Positions 48,546-58,039 are shown, counted from the stretch's first letter. The stretch is 64,000 nt of DNA from a candidate division WOR-3 bacterium (GCA_039803205.1 JBDRYB010000002.1:64001-128000); one strand, 5' to 3'. Notes: generated by a model not told the origin, from the letters alone. Translations and numbers: made by a program.

Positions 48546-49126
48546 TCTGGCTGATCCTCATCTCGGCAGATACCCTCGGACCATGGTCTCAGGTCCAGGC
48601 TAAATATAACAAAGTTTTTTCTCTTTCCGCGTCCTTCATCGAATCAATCACATACTCAGAAGGATACTCTGAGCGCTACGCGGGCAGGCTATACATAGAG
48701 CGCCCCGACAAGGTCCGCCTTGAGGCATACGAACCGGATACCCAGCTCATTGTCTCCGATGGCAAGATCGCTTGGCTTTACCTCCCAAAATCAAAAGCCG
48801 CGATGCGCCAGCCGGTTTCAGAGGTATCAAAGGCATGCGACCCAAGACTGTTTCTCCTTGAGCGCCCACCGGGGTTCAGGGTCTCTTACCAGCTAAGGGA
48901 TTCGGCCCATATCTACACATTCATCCCGCCTTCCGGTGATGTTTATCCGTATCAGAAGGTAATGGTGGAGCTGGGGCCAGGCCTGGATATAAGGGTTGTG
49001 TCCGTGGTTGATCCATTAGGTAATCTTTATGCCTTTGCTCTCAGGGACATCGTCCTGAATCCAGGCCTTAACCCCGAGCTCTTCAGGTTCACGCCACCAG
49101 AGGGAACGGAGATCTTCGGACAGTAG
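48542..49126 (+). CDS. lolA: Outer-membrane lipoprotein carrier LolA family
   Basis: ASF, [17 protein letters not shown]-x-x-x-WLY, F-x-FTPPEG. Confidence 0.85.
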   Translation: MIWLILISADTLGPWSQVQAKYNKVFSLSASFIESITYSEGYSERYAGRLYIERPDKVRLEAYEPDTQLIVSDGKIAWLYLPKSKAAMRQPVSEVSKACDPRLFLLERPPGFRVSYQLRDSAHIYTFIPPSGDVYPYQKVMVELGPGLDIRVVSVVDPLGNLYAFALRDIVLNPGLNPELFRFTPPEGTEIFGQ

Positions 49127-49186
49127 GGATACAACGCAGGCGCCCTGTATTCGCAAATAGGGAGGATCCTGGTTTATAATTTCTCC

Positions 49187-50314
49187 GTGCCAATAGCGAT
49201 CTTGGTTATAGCGACAAGCCCTCGTCTCGCTCATGATCCAGGAGAACTCTGCAATCCCATGCTCTATATGAGCCCTGGAGCTGATACCTTTGATCTGAAC
49301 GCCTTTATTGAGCGCGAGCTCTCTTGGAGGCCAGGCTATTGGCGCAGGGGTTTGGAGAATTCGCGGCTATATTGGCCCATGATCTCCAGAAAGGTCAAGG
49401 ATGCTGGACTCCCTGAGGAACTGGTTTGGCTCCCACTAATAGAGAGCGCTTTTGAGCCGCAGGCCCTTTCCAGAAAGGGCGCGCTCGGTCTTTGGCAATT
49501 CGTTCCCTCCACCGCAAAGGCAGAGGGCCTCGTGGTGAACATGTGGGTTGACGAGCGACTTGATCCCGTAAAATCAACGGACGCGGCCCTGAGACATTTG
49601 AGAAGCCTTTACGCGCTTTTCGGGGATTGGAACCTGGCGCTTGCCGCTTATAACGCTGGCTCAGGAAGGGTATGGTGGGCGCTTTATCAAGCCTCTCTCG
49701 GAGGAAAAAAGAGAAGGAGAAGGATTCCCAGGCAGGTCAAGGAGATGTGGCTCAGACAGGGGGATGTCTGGGACTTTTGGTTAGCGCAAGAGTATTTTCC
49801 AAAAGAAACGAGAAGGTATGTTCCCCTGTTTTACACTGGCCTCGCGGCTGTTGAGCGAGCGGGCCAGTTCGGGGTGAACCTCTCAGACACCCTCTCATAC
49901 CCACTTGCTTCTGACACCGTGCTGGTTGATTATCCCACGGATCTGGCTCTGGTCGCGGAATTGCTTGGTTTGCCAATAGATTCAATATCACTTCGGAATC
50001 CGGAGCTCGCGGTCGGGCTTACGCCACCGGATACGCTTTGGCCCCTCAGGGTTCCGCCCGGAATGGGCCAGGGCCTTGATTCGGCTTTGAAGACAATAGA
50101 ACCAAGGGAAGTCACCATTTGGATAAGCTATAAGGCACAGAGGGGGGACAACCTCTGGAAACTGGCAAAGCGCTACGGAACAACCCCCGAGCACCTCGCT
50201 GAGGTTAACGGACTTTCCCTCAAAAAGAAGCTCAGGCTTTATCAGAGATTGAAGATCCCGAAGAAGGTAAAAGCCCGGTCAAGGAGGGATGAAATATGCA
50301 TGGGAAAGGGGTAA
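49187..50314 (+). CDS. MltD-like lytic transglycosylase with LysM domain
   Basis: IESAF, GALGLWQF, DERLDP, LAAYNAG, ETRRYV; C-terminal GDNLWKLAKRYG LysM. Confidence 0.9.
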   Translation: MPIAILVIATSPRLAHDPGELCNPMLYMSPGADTFDLNAFIERELSWRPGYWRRGLENSRLYWPMISRKVKDAGLPEELVWLPLIESAFEPQALSRKGALGLWQFVPSTAKAEGLVVNMWVDERLDPVKSTDAALRHLRSLYALFGDWNLALAAYNAGSGRVWWALYQASLGGKKRRRRIPRQVKEMWLRQGDVWDFWLAQEYFPKETRRYVPLFYTGLAAVERAGQFGVNLSDTLSYPLASDTVLVDYPTDLALVAELLGLPIDSISLRNPELAVGLTPPDTLWPLRVPPGMGQGLDSALKTIEPREVTIWISYKAQRGDNLWKLAKRYGTTPEHLAEVNGLSLKKKLRLYQRLKIPKKVKARSRRDEICMGKG

Positions 50315-50387
50315 AAGAGACCCCGGCCGCACTTTTAATCCGTGGATCTTGAGGTTGTTGATCCAGTTGTCGCACTGGGATGATAAT

Positions 50388-50657
50388 ATGGCTCTGAGGA
50401 TGCGGTATCCCGAGAAAGCTTTCAGAAAGGCTTGCCGTGAAGCAGGAATCCGCGACTTTCGCTTTCACGATCTCAGACACACATACGCGAGCTGGAAGGT
50501 TATGGATGGGGTTGACCTCAGGAGCGTGGCCGAATTGCTTGGCCATAGAACACTAGCCATGGTAATGCGCTATTCGCACCTTTCCCCGGATCACCTGGAC
50601 AAGATCAGGGAGAAGGGGGTTATGGTGAGATTGCAGCCAAAGGAGTTTAAGCTATGA
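50388..50657 (+). pseudogene. Tyrosine recombinase/integrase C-terminal remnant
   Basis: HDLRHTYAS, LLGH, RYSH; N-terminal domains absent. Confidence 0.85.
50538..50633 (+). repeat. Integrase 3'-end direct repeat, copy 1 (96 bp)
   Basis: Matches 51548-51643 with 8 substitutions. Confidence 0.9.
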
Positions 50658-51523
50658 AAAAGGTAGTGCAGTTTTTGCATCCTGGGCCGGAATACGAGGG
50701 AAAAGACTGGCATCCAGCAGATAAATCACACGGAAGGCGCTTTATTTTTACAAAGGGAAGGGTAAAAAACTCTCGCGGCCAATGGGAATGGCTTCCCGTA
50801 ACGGCATGGGTGGAGTGGGAGGCAAACGCAAAACTTTATCCCAACCGGACTGTTGGGACAGCCATGCCCAAAAATATCCACCTACCATACCTACCCAATA
50901 AGGGAATTCCAGGCCCAAAGGAACGGCACAGCACTGATCCATGCGTATTTGGTGATCGTTTCCTATATACGGTCTGCAGGCAGATCAACCGGAAAGGTAA
51001 TCCCACTAAGATGCAAAGCCTTGAAGAAGGTTCGGTAATCCTGTTTGGCTCACGGATAAAATACCCGGACGGCTATCATTTCGTGCTGGACACACTTTTT
51101 GTTGTGTCTGAGGATCGGGTTCACCACTCGCGTGAGAGCCAATTGAAACCCCCTGAAGTGCCCGACTGGTATTTCAAGTTGACCCTGGAGCAAGTATATG
51201 CCCTCCCCCATCGTTATACCCTATTAAAGGGCTATACCCCTGAGGAACAGCCTGAATTTTTCAGCTGGATACCCTGCAAGGTCTGCAATGATAGTGCTCC
51301 AGTGCCTTTTGAGAGGCCTAAGATAAAGTTGCGTGGTATCAGACCCAAAATGACGCAAGGTTTTTCTTTGCGCATAGCTATGGAACCAAAAGAAGCCTGG
51401 GATGAGGTCGTTAGGCAGGTAAAGGAACAAGGCTGTGAATTATGTGCTGGTCTTGAAGTGCCCACAAACCAGCCCAATCCGCATTTTGAAAACCTGATGG
51501 AGAAGTTTCTGAGCGGTAAATGA
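50654..51523 (+). CDS. Uncharacterised cargo protein of an integrative-element remnant
   Basis: Intact 289 aa ORF with ATGA overlap on the integrase stop and AAGGAG SD; motifs VQFLHPG-x-E, EWE, TDPCVFG, C-x-Q, GSVILFGS, LDTLFVV. Confidence 0.8.
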   Translation: MKKVVQFLHPGPEYEGKDWHPADKSHGRRFIFTKGRVKNSRGQWEWLPVTAWVEWEANAKLYPNRTVGTAMPKNIHLPYLPNKGIPGPKERHSTDPCVFGDRFLYTVCRQINRKGNPTKMQSLEEGSVILFGSRIKYPDGYHFVLDTLFVVSEDRVHHSRESQLKPPEVPDWYFKLTLEQVYALPHRYTLLKGYTPEEQPEFFSWIPCKVCNDSAPVPFERPKIKLRGIRPKMTQGFSLRIAMEPKEAWDEVVRQVKEQGCELCAGLEVPTNQPNPHFENLMEKFLSGK

Positions 51524-51547
51524 GCTGTTAGTTATTTATTATTTTCC

Positions 51548-51643
51548 CTCGGCCACAGGACCCTTGCCATGGTAATGCGCTATTCTCACCTCTCCCCGGA
51601 TCACCTGGACAAGGTCAGGGAGAAGGGGGTTATGGTGAGATTG
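51548..51643 (+). repeat. Integrase 3'-end direct repeat, copy 2 (96 bp)
   Basis: Encodes LGHRTLAMVMRYSHLSPDHLDKVREKGVMVRL with no start codon context. Confidence 0.9.
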
Positions 51644-51698
51644 AGCCCTTCAGAAGACTGAGGGCAAAGCTCGGCCTCTCAGCTCTATAATCTTGGCC

Positions 51699-52082
51699 AT
51701 GGATAAAGAGGTCGCAAATTGGCTAGCGGGCGCCAAGTATGACCTGGAGACAGCGGGCTCTCTTTATAGGAGCAAGAGATACATCTATGTGGTCTTCATG
51801 TGCCACATGGCTATTGAGAAGGGATTCAAGGCGCTCGTCAGGCAGACAACCGGCAAAACCCCGCCGAAGATTCACGACCTCATTCGCCTGGCAGAAATGG
51901 GCGGTGTGGAACTTGAGCCTGAGACAAGAAAAACCCTTATTGACCTCAACAACATGGGGGTGGTCACCAGATACCCGGATGACCTGGCAAAGCTGAGTAA
52001 GCTCATAACTAAAGAAAGGGCATCCTCCGTCCTCAGGTTCACCAGGAGGTTCATACCTTGGATAGAGAAACGCTTGAAATAG
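51699..52082 (+). CDS. HEPN domain protein (HEPN-MNT pair)
   Basis: A-x-YDLETA, FMCHMAIEK-x-x-KA, P-x-IHDL, TRYP; ATG 7 nt after TATAAT. Confidence 0.88.
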   Translation: MDKEVANWLAGAKYDLETAGSLYRSKRYIYVVFMCHMAIEKGFKALVRQTTGKTPPKIHDLIRLAEMGGVELEPETRKTLIDLNNMGVVTRYPDDLAKLSKLITKERASSVLRFTRRFIPWIEKRLK

Positions 52083-52390
52083 TCAAAAAACTTGCTGAGG
52101 CCCTCAGGGCAAAAGGCCTGAGGGTTGAAGGTATAGTTGTTTTCGGGTCAGCCCTCAGGGGCAATCTCAGCCCTGATAGCGATATTGACATAGCGGTTAT
52201 CTCTCCTGATTTTGAGGGCCTTGACGCAATAGAGCGCATGAGGATCATCTCTGAGGCAAGAATAGAGGCACACCTTCTTCAGAGGGCCATGGACGCCTTC
52301 GGCTACACCCCTGAGGAGTTCCGAGAGGCTTCTGAGGGCACATTCCTCGGGGATGAGATAAAAGTAAAGGGAACCCTAATTCCAGTCTGA
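52058..52390 (+). CDS. Minimal nucleotidyltransferase (MNT)
   Basis: VFGSALRG...SDIDIAVIS, YTPEEF; overlaps the HEPN gene. Confidence 0.9.
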   Translation: MDRETLEIVKKLAEALRAKGLRVEGIVVFGSALRGNLSPDSDIDIAVISPDFEGLDAIERMRIISEARIEAHLLQRAMDAFGYTPEEFREASEGTFLGDEIKVKGTLIPV

Positions 52391-52500
52391 TTCTCAGCGA
52401 GATCAGTGAGGTCCAAATGGTCATTTTTCGGTCAGTTGGATTAACATTTGTATCCCTGAATTGGTTGTCAGAAAAGGGTTATACGGATTTGGGGTGTTAG

Positions 52501-52543
52501 CTTTTTAATCCGACGGCCGCAGGTTCAAGTCCTGCCGGGGGTG
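52501..52543 (+). other. tRNA-Lys-like 3' half (att-site remnant)
   Basis: TTTTAATCCG plus intact T arm GCAGG-TTCAAGT-CCTGC; no D arm or 5' acceptor; followed by the dyad AAAACCCT/AGGGTTTT. Confidence 0.65.
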
Positions 52544-52849
52544 TCCTCAAAACCCTACTCAAAACAGGGTTTTCACGGATTAGAGCTTTCTCCCCAGAAT
52601 CCCCCAATACCCCTAAAATACCCCAAAATTTGTCCACCAGAACCCCCGGCCTCAGAAACCAGCTCTCAGAGGCCGGAGGATAACACAGAAGGGCTTTTGA
52701 GCCTTCAAGGGGAATAAATAAACCCTCCCGGAGGCCACGGAAACTCAGAGCCCCCGGCCCAGGCCCTTTGCATTCCCGGCCATGAGGCGGTTATTTTCCC
52801 GGAGCGGGCCGTTAAGGAGTGTTCAACTTGGAAAGTCTGGATTGGAGCG

Positions 52850-53308
52850 TTGAACAAGCTGGCAGGCTTTGACCCTCTCCTTGTTGCTACATGGGCACAG
52901 CTTCACTGGAAAACCTTTGAGACTTTCACAGAAAAGGGCCGCGCGGTTATCATGGGCAGGCTCCGGCCTTTCAGGGAATATACCGAAAAAGCCCAGGATA
53001 TTATACGAGGCGCGCACGAGGCCAGAGAGGCACACTTAAGAGATGGGCACCGGACCCAATCAGAAAACAGGGAAAATACCTCTATATTTGAGCCTCACGG
53101 AGAAGGTGAATACCTTAGGCCTCCGGGAATAGGAGGCCCTCGGCCCCCCGAGTTAAAGGCCCAGGCGCGCGAGCTATGGGAGAACAACTCCCTCACGGCG
53201 CGACAAATAGCCGAGAGGCTTGGAATACCCCCGGAGAGAGCGAGGATTATCACTGATTGGGTTTACTTTCAAGGCTGGAAGCTGACCCTTACCCAAAACC
53301 TTCCCTAA
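52850..53308 (+). CDS. Hypothetical mobile-element protein with C-terminal HTH (possibly a remnant)
   Basis: LKAQARELW...LTARQIAERLGI...WV...GW resembles phage terminase-small/HTH modules; start uncertain. Confidence 0.45.
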   Translation: MNKLAGFDPLLVATWAQLHWKTFETFTEKGRAVIMGRLRPFREYTEKAQDIIRGAHEAREAHLRDGHRTQSENRENTSIFEPHGEGEYLRPPGIGGPRPPELKAQARELWENNSLTARQIAERLGIPPERARIITDWVYFQGWKLTLTQNLP

Positions 53309-53318
53309 TCCTCATAAT

Positions 53319-54088
53319 TTGTCTCCTATGGAAGGACTCATTGAATATCTTTCACCACTGATGGAAGTCTTGGGAGACAGCAGGCGTTATGCAATGGTGA
53401 GGGATGCTGTCTCAGGGGTAATCCAATGCGGTAAGCTCTCGGTCATAACCAGAGGCCTCATGTGGCTCACGGTATCAGTGAGCGTGGATGAGGAGCCGGT
53501 TACGAGTGGATAAACAGAAGCTCTGGCGAGCTATCATGTGGGGCACGGATAACCCTGATGAAATCCCCGAGAGGTGAGGAAATGGGTAAGGGCCAGCCAA
53601 TACCCCTTGATCGTTCGGGTCTATTCCATTATAAGAATACAGATATGTTTGGGGCTTTGATCTTTGGGCTTCTCGTTCCTCCTGATTCGGTCACCCCTCT
53701 CAATCTTCACTGGATTGATACCATAGAGGACTGGAAATGGGGATACATGAGGAAACTGGAGGCCAGAATAAGGGTCATATATTGGACCGCGAGACCCAGA
53801 GCAAGGGGGTTCTATAGGTTATCGCCTGATGAAGTTTTCATCTCCTATTCCGTATCAGAAAGGTTTGTAACCCGTGTTAGTGAGGGAGTAATGATCTGGA
53901 CCCGGTGGATGTGTCGCGAAGACAGCGGGGTAGTTGTATCCTTAGAAGGTCCTTGGAAAACCGAATTCCTGATATGCAACAAAAAGACCCGGAAATACAC
54001 CAACTTCTATGTGATAGTATCCCCTCCTCGGGGTTCTCTGGACCTAAAGGGCAGGAAGATGGAAAGTCCCAGCGTGCTATCCAAGTAG
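53319..54088 (+). pseudogene. Degraded transposase-like fragments
   Basis: Broken ORFs (LGDSRRY..., frameshifted ILDRE) in an accessory region; family uncertain. Confidence 0.35.
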
Positions 54089-54125
54089 GGAAACAGGACG
54101 CTTTTTGGGGATATAATCTAGTCCT

Positions 54126-56276
54126 GTGAAATTCGCTCGGGTTGCCATCCCAGATGCAGGCGCTACCCTGACCTACCGGGTTCCTTTGGAGATGGGCCTC
54201 GGCAGGGGCGATGTGGTTCTCGTTCATGTCAGGGAAAAGACCTACACCGGCCTGGTTCTCGGAGAGGATGACCCCTTCCCGGGCGCGAGGCCCATCTACG
54301 GCAAGACTGGCATAAAGATCCCCGAGGGCCTCGTCGCGCTCTCTGAGTGGATAGCCATATACTATCTCTCGCCCATCCACGAGGCCGCGAGGCTCATCCT
54401 TCCGCCTGGAATGCCGAAAAAGGAGCGGATTGAGATAAGGATGAGGAGGGACCCTCCGCTGGTTAAACCGAGGGGAAGGGTCCAGAGGGAGCTTTTGGCT
54501 TATCTTTGGGAAAGGAGAGGGCGGTGGCTCAGCTTGGATTGGCTTTACAGGAAATTCGGGCAACCTGGAAGGGGGTTTCTTGAGAGGCTCATTGAGGAAG
54601 GGGCTTGCCAAGTGAGATCAAAAATGCCAGAAGCGAGAACCGAGGAAGGGGAAAGGTTTGTGGAGGAGGGAGGGGATGTCTTCTTTCCGGAAAAGCCCAC
54701 CTCTCAGCAGAGAAGGGTCCTCAGGAGCCTGAGGGAAGTTTTGAAAAAAAAGGAGTTTAGAGTCGCTCTCCTCCACGGAGAGACAGGCTCTGGAAAGACC
54801 GCTGTCTACGCCTGGCTCGCGAGGGAGGCCCTGATGAGAGGCAAATCAGCGATAATTCTGGTGCCTGAGATAAGCCTAACCCCCCAGCTCGCGGCTGTTT
54901 TCAGAAAGGCACTGGGGAAAAGGATCGGCGTGTATCACAGCGCTTTCAGCCCATCAGAAAGGATGTGGGTTTGGAGGCAGGCCGAGGCTGGAGACATAAG
55001 GGTTGTGCTTGGGCCAAGGTCAGCGCTCTTCCTTCCCGTGAGGGATCTTGGGCTTATCGTTGTTGACGAGGAGCACGATGACTCATATAAATCCCAGAGG
55101 CTTCCTCATTATCACGCGAGGGATGTTGCCACTGTGAGGGCGAAGGCCGAAGGAGCGCTTCTTGTCCTTGGCTCCGCCACCCCATCAGCCGAATCCTACT
55201 ACAACGCGAAGCGCGGAAAATACCTGTATCTCAGGATGCCTGAGAGGGTTCCCGCATACACGGAGCCAGTTGTCAGGATAATAGACCTAAAAGAGACCGA
55301 GGTCTCAGGGGTTTTCTCGGTTCCGCTTCTTGACGCGCTCAGAGAAACGATTTCATCAGGTTACCAGGCAATACTCTTCCTGAACCGACGAGGCTACGCT
55401 CCGTATATCCAGTGTTTGAGATGCGGGATCGTTTTGGACTGTCCTTTTTGCTCCATTTCATACACATTCCACAAGGACACCGGAGTCCTGGTCTGCCACC
55501 TCTGCGGCAGGACAGCGAGGGTTCCAACCCTATGCCCCTCTTGCGGAAGCCCGTCCCTTGTTCCGATGAGATACGGGGTCCAAAGGGTCCAGGAGAACCT
55601 GGAGGCCCTTCTCCCAGGAGTAAGGATCCTCAGGCTTGATAGGGATATATCCAGAAGGAGAGAGGGACCTGAGGGGGTCTTCAGGGATTTCGCCTCAGGA
55701 AACGCCAAGGTTCTCGTTGGAACCCAGCTAGTAACAAAGGGCCTGGATTTTCCGGGCGTGAAGCTCGTCGGGGTTCTCATAGCGGACATGGGGCTTTTCA
55801 GGCCGGATTTCAGGGCAAGCGAGAGAACATTTCAATTGCTCTCGCAGGTTACGGGAAGACTGAGAACAGGGGGGATGGTTATGATACAGGCTGTTAACCC
55901 TGAGGAAGGAGCAATAAGGTTTGCCAAGCTTAAGGATTACGAGGGATTCATGGCTCAGGAGCTCGCGGAGCGGAAGAGATACGGCTACCCACCGTTCTCC
56001 AAGCTAGTTCTCGTTGAGGCAAAAGGGAAGGATAGGGCCAAGGTAATCCAATTTCTTGAGGGGCTCGCGATGCAAACCGCTTCTTGGCTCGGGGGGAAGG
56101 GACTGATCCTGGGGCCGTCGCCATCCCCATATGAGCGGGTGGGAGGGCTTTTTAGGGCGAGATTTCTGATAAAGACCAAAAAGGGCCTCAGCCCAGAGCT
56201 GGACTTTCTGGCTGGGTATCAAACGCCCTCAGGGATCGAGCTCAGAGTGGATGTTGACCCAGTGGATATGATGTAG
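54126..56276 (+). CDS. priA: Primosomal protein N' (PriA helicase)
   Basis: GETGSGKT, VPEISLTPQ, DEEHD, GSATP, LNRRGY, four CxxC, KGLDFP, DFRASE, DVDP. Confidence 0.96.
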   Translation: MKFARVAIPDAGATLTYRVPLEMGLGRGDVVLVHVREKTYTGLVLGEDDPFPGARPIYGKTGIKIPEGLVALSEWIAIYYLSPIHEAARLILPPGMPKKERIEIRMRRDPPLVKPRGRVQRELLAYLWERRGRWLSLDWLYRKFGQPGRGFLERLIEEGACQVRSKMPEARTEEGERFVEEGGDVFFPEKPTSQQRRVLRSLREVLKKKEFRVALLHGETGSGKTAVYAWLAREALMRGKSAIILVPEISLTPQLAAVFRKALGKRIGVYHSAFSPSERMWVWRQAEAGDIRVVLGPRSALFLPVRDLGLIVVDEEHDDSYKSQRLPHYHARDVATVRAKAEGALLVLGSATPSAESYYNAKRGKYLYLRMPERVPAYTEPVVRIIDLKETEVSGVFSVPLLDALRETISSGYQAILFLNRRGYAPYIQCLRCGIVLDCPFCSISYTFHKDTGVLVCHLCGRTARVPTLCPSCGSPSLVPMRYGVQRVQENLEALLPGVRILRLDRDISRRREGPEGVFRDFASGNAKVLVGTQLVTKGLDFPGVKLVGVLIADMGLFRPDFRASERTFQLLSQVTGRLRTGGMVMIQAVNPEEGAIRFAKLKDYEGFMAQELAERKRYGYPPFSKLVLVEAKGKDRAKVIQFLEGLAMQTASWLGGKGLILGPSPSPYERVGGLFRARFLIKTKKGLSPELDFLAGYQTPSGIELRVDVDPVDMM

Positions 56277-56294
56277 GCAAAGGAAACCGGGCGC

Positions 56295-56324
56295 TTGACC
56301 GGCCACGGCCTATAAGGTTATAAT
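56295..56324 (+). promoter_or_regulatory. Leaderless promoter
   Basis: TTGACC, 18 bp spacer, TATAAT, then 6 nt to ATG 56331. Confidence 0.65.
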
Positions 56325-56330
56325 TTAGCC

Positions 56331-56735
56331 ATGGCTGAAACAGAAACCCTACCTCCACAGGCTGATGAGAAGGAGTGGGAAGGCTTCGCTCGCGAGCTCA
56401 GGCTGGCCCGGCCGTGGATCATGGCCATGGGCGTTATAGACATAGTTATCGGCGCTTTGTCCCTTCCTCTTGGTGCTGGGAACATTGTGATTGGAGCCAT
56501 GCTCCTTCTCCTTGAATCCAGGCTCAAGAGATTTCTTAATGGCGAGGCTAATACCCTCAAGGTATTTGCTTCCCAGCTCAGGCTTTACTTCGTCATATCT
56601 GTCATAGTGTTCATCGCTACGATGGTCTTCTATTTCATATTCGTCCTTCTCTATGTGGTTCTCGTGATCCTATTTGCCATAATCCTCACCCTCATAACCA
56701 CCGCGGGTAGCACGGCAACCCAGAGCCTACTGTGA
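56331..56735 (+). CDS. Small membrane protein (DUF5362-like)
   Basis: Hydrophobic helices, LRLYF motif. Confidence 0.6.
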   Translation: MAETETLPPQADEKEWEGFARELRLARPWIMAMGVIDIVIGALSLPLGAGNIVIGAMLLLLESRLKRFLNGEANTLKVFASQLRLYFVISVIVFIATMVFYFIFVLLYVVLVILFAIILTLITTAGSTATQSLL

Positions 56736-56741
56736 GAACCC

Positions 56742-57311
56742 TTATCCCCAAAGAATCATCCTCAAAGCGAGGAGGATGTAAAACCCCAGCATTACCAAGA
56801 GCGTGCTCCTCTCGGACCTGAGAGCAGACCGCCACTTCCCCCCTCGCCAGCTGGCCCTTTTCGGGATAATGAGAAATCTGTGGGCCCTCTTGCAGTAATC
56901 AGTGAATTCCTGAGGAAAGGCCTTTCTCAGGTGATCCTCCTCAGCGAGTATGATGAGCGCATACTCGGCCCAAAACAGGATGGCGAATGCAATAGCTAGC
57001 CAAGGAAAGAATGCCCCTGATGAGAGCGTCATTCCCAAACCAAGAATGAAGTTCCCCCAGTATATAGGGTTTCTCGTCCAAGCGTATGGCCCCCATGTCA
57101 CCAGCCTCGGGGCCTCTAGCCTCGGAGAGCGCGTCGTTGGCCCTGAGAACGAGACCGAAACCCAGCGGATCGCCTCCCCCAAAATGGTCAGGAGGGCTCC
57201 GGTCGCTAATAGGACGGGGGAGTATTCCCCGAACACAAGGGCTATCAGAAAAAAAGGAACACCGAGCCAACCCCGGTTCCTGAATAGCCAACGGCCGATT
57301 TTTAATGGCAA
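56742..57311 (-). CDS. Isoprenylcysteine carboxyl methyltransferase / PEMT family membrane methyltransferase
   Basis: LVTWGPYAWTRNPIYWG, EE-x-x-L-x-x-x-F-x-x-x-F-x-x-Y. Confidence 0.88.
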   Translation of the reverse strand: MPLKIGRWLFRNRGWLGVPFFLIALVFGEYSPVLLATGALLTILGEAIRWVSVSFSGPTTRSPRLEAPRLVTWGPYAWTRNPIYWGNFILGLGMTLSSGAFFPWLAIAFAILFWAEYALIILAEEDHLRKAFPQEFTDYCKRAHRFLIIPKRASWRGGKWRSALRSERSTLLVMLGFYILLALRMILWG

Positions 57312-57411
57312 ACGGAAAAGCTTGGGGTATGGTTTTGCAACGGATCAAGTATAACCCTCCTGCCCCCGCTTAGTTGAAAAATCCTTCTGGGAGAATGGTA
57401 TAATTTGCTTT

Positions 57412-58035
57412 ATGAATGAGGATCTAAGACGCAAGGTATCCGCGATTGCCCAGGTTGCTGGTTGGCTCTGGCAGAAGGGTTGGGCAGAGGCCGGAGCAGG
57501 CAACATCTCGGTTGATCTATCCGAAGGCAAAGAGAGAAGAATCCTCATTACCGCCACTGGCTCCAAGATGAGGGATATAGCGAGAGAGCCTGAGGCAAAC
57601 CTAGGGATAATAGAGCTCACGGATAAGGGCCATCGGGTCGTCTGGCCGGAGGGGATGGGGTTCTCGCCGACATCCGATCTGGCCGTGCACCTTGAGATAC
57701 ACATGAGGAAACCAGGCCTCTCGGTTCTTCACACCCATCCGACGGAGCTGATAGCTCTCGCCCGATTGCTACCGAATGAACATGAAGTGAACTCAGCTCT
57801 GCTGGGCGCTCTTTTTGAGGTTCCGGTTTTACTGCCCAGGGGGTTAGGCCTCCTTAGACCAGAGGGCTCACGGAATCTTGCGGTTGATACGGCAAACGCC
57901 CTATCAGCTCGCGATCTGGTTCTCTGGCCAGGGCACGGCGCGATCGCTGTTGATCCCGAACTCACCAGGGCCTTCGATCTTATTGATGTAGCGAACAAGG
58001 CCGCGGCAATCTGGCTGATGAGCCGGGACAAGTAG
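57412..58035 (+). CDS. Class II aldolase/adducin family (rhamnulose-1-phosphate aldolase-like)
   Basis: GWAEAGAGNIS, PTSD, HTHP, WPGHG. Confidence 0.85.
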   Translation: MNEDLRRKVSAIAQVAGWLWQKGWAEAGAGNISVDLSEGKERRILITATGSKMRDIAREPEANLGIIELTDKGHRVVWPEGMGFSPTSDLAVHLEIHMRKPGLSVLHTHPTELIALARLLPNEHEVNSALLGALFEVPVLLPRGLGLLRPEGSRNLAVDTANALSARDLVLWPGHGAIAVDPELTRAFDLIDVANKAAAIWLMSRDK

Positions 58036-58039
58036 GCCC

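Noticed and set aside
50538..51643. 96-bp repeat pair as DGR TR/VR
   Set aside because: Differences are synonymous third positions of an integrase frame, not A-specific, and there is no RT.
24121..52543. A single 28 kb island from tRNA-Lys to the tRNA-Lys half
   Set aside because: The interval holds core genes (topA, lptF, sucD, lolA), and the tRNA 3' halves differ in sequence.
52480..52543. Functional or intron-containing tRNA-Lys
   Set aside because: No D arm and no 5' acceptor strand complementary to CGGGGGT; the CGGATT/AATCCG pairing may be chance.
53550..53600. CTGATGA...GAAA hammerhead-like core
   Set aside because: The bases closing stem II (A and G) do not pair, and there is no convincing stem I or III.
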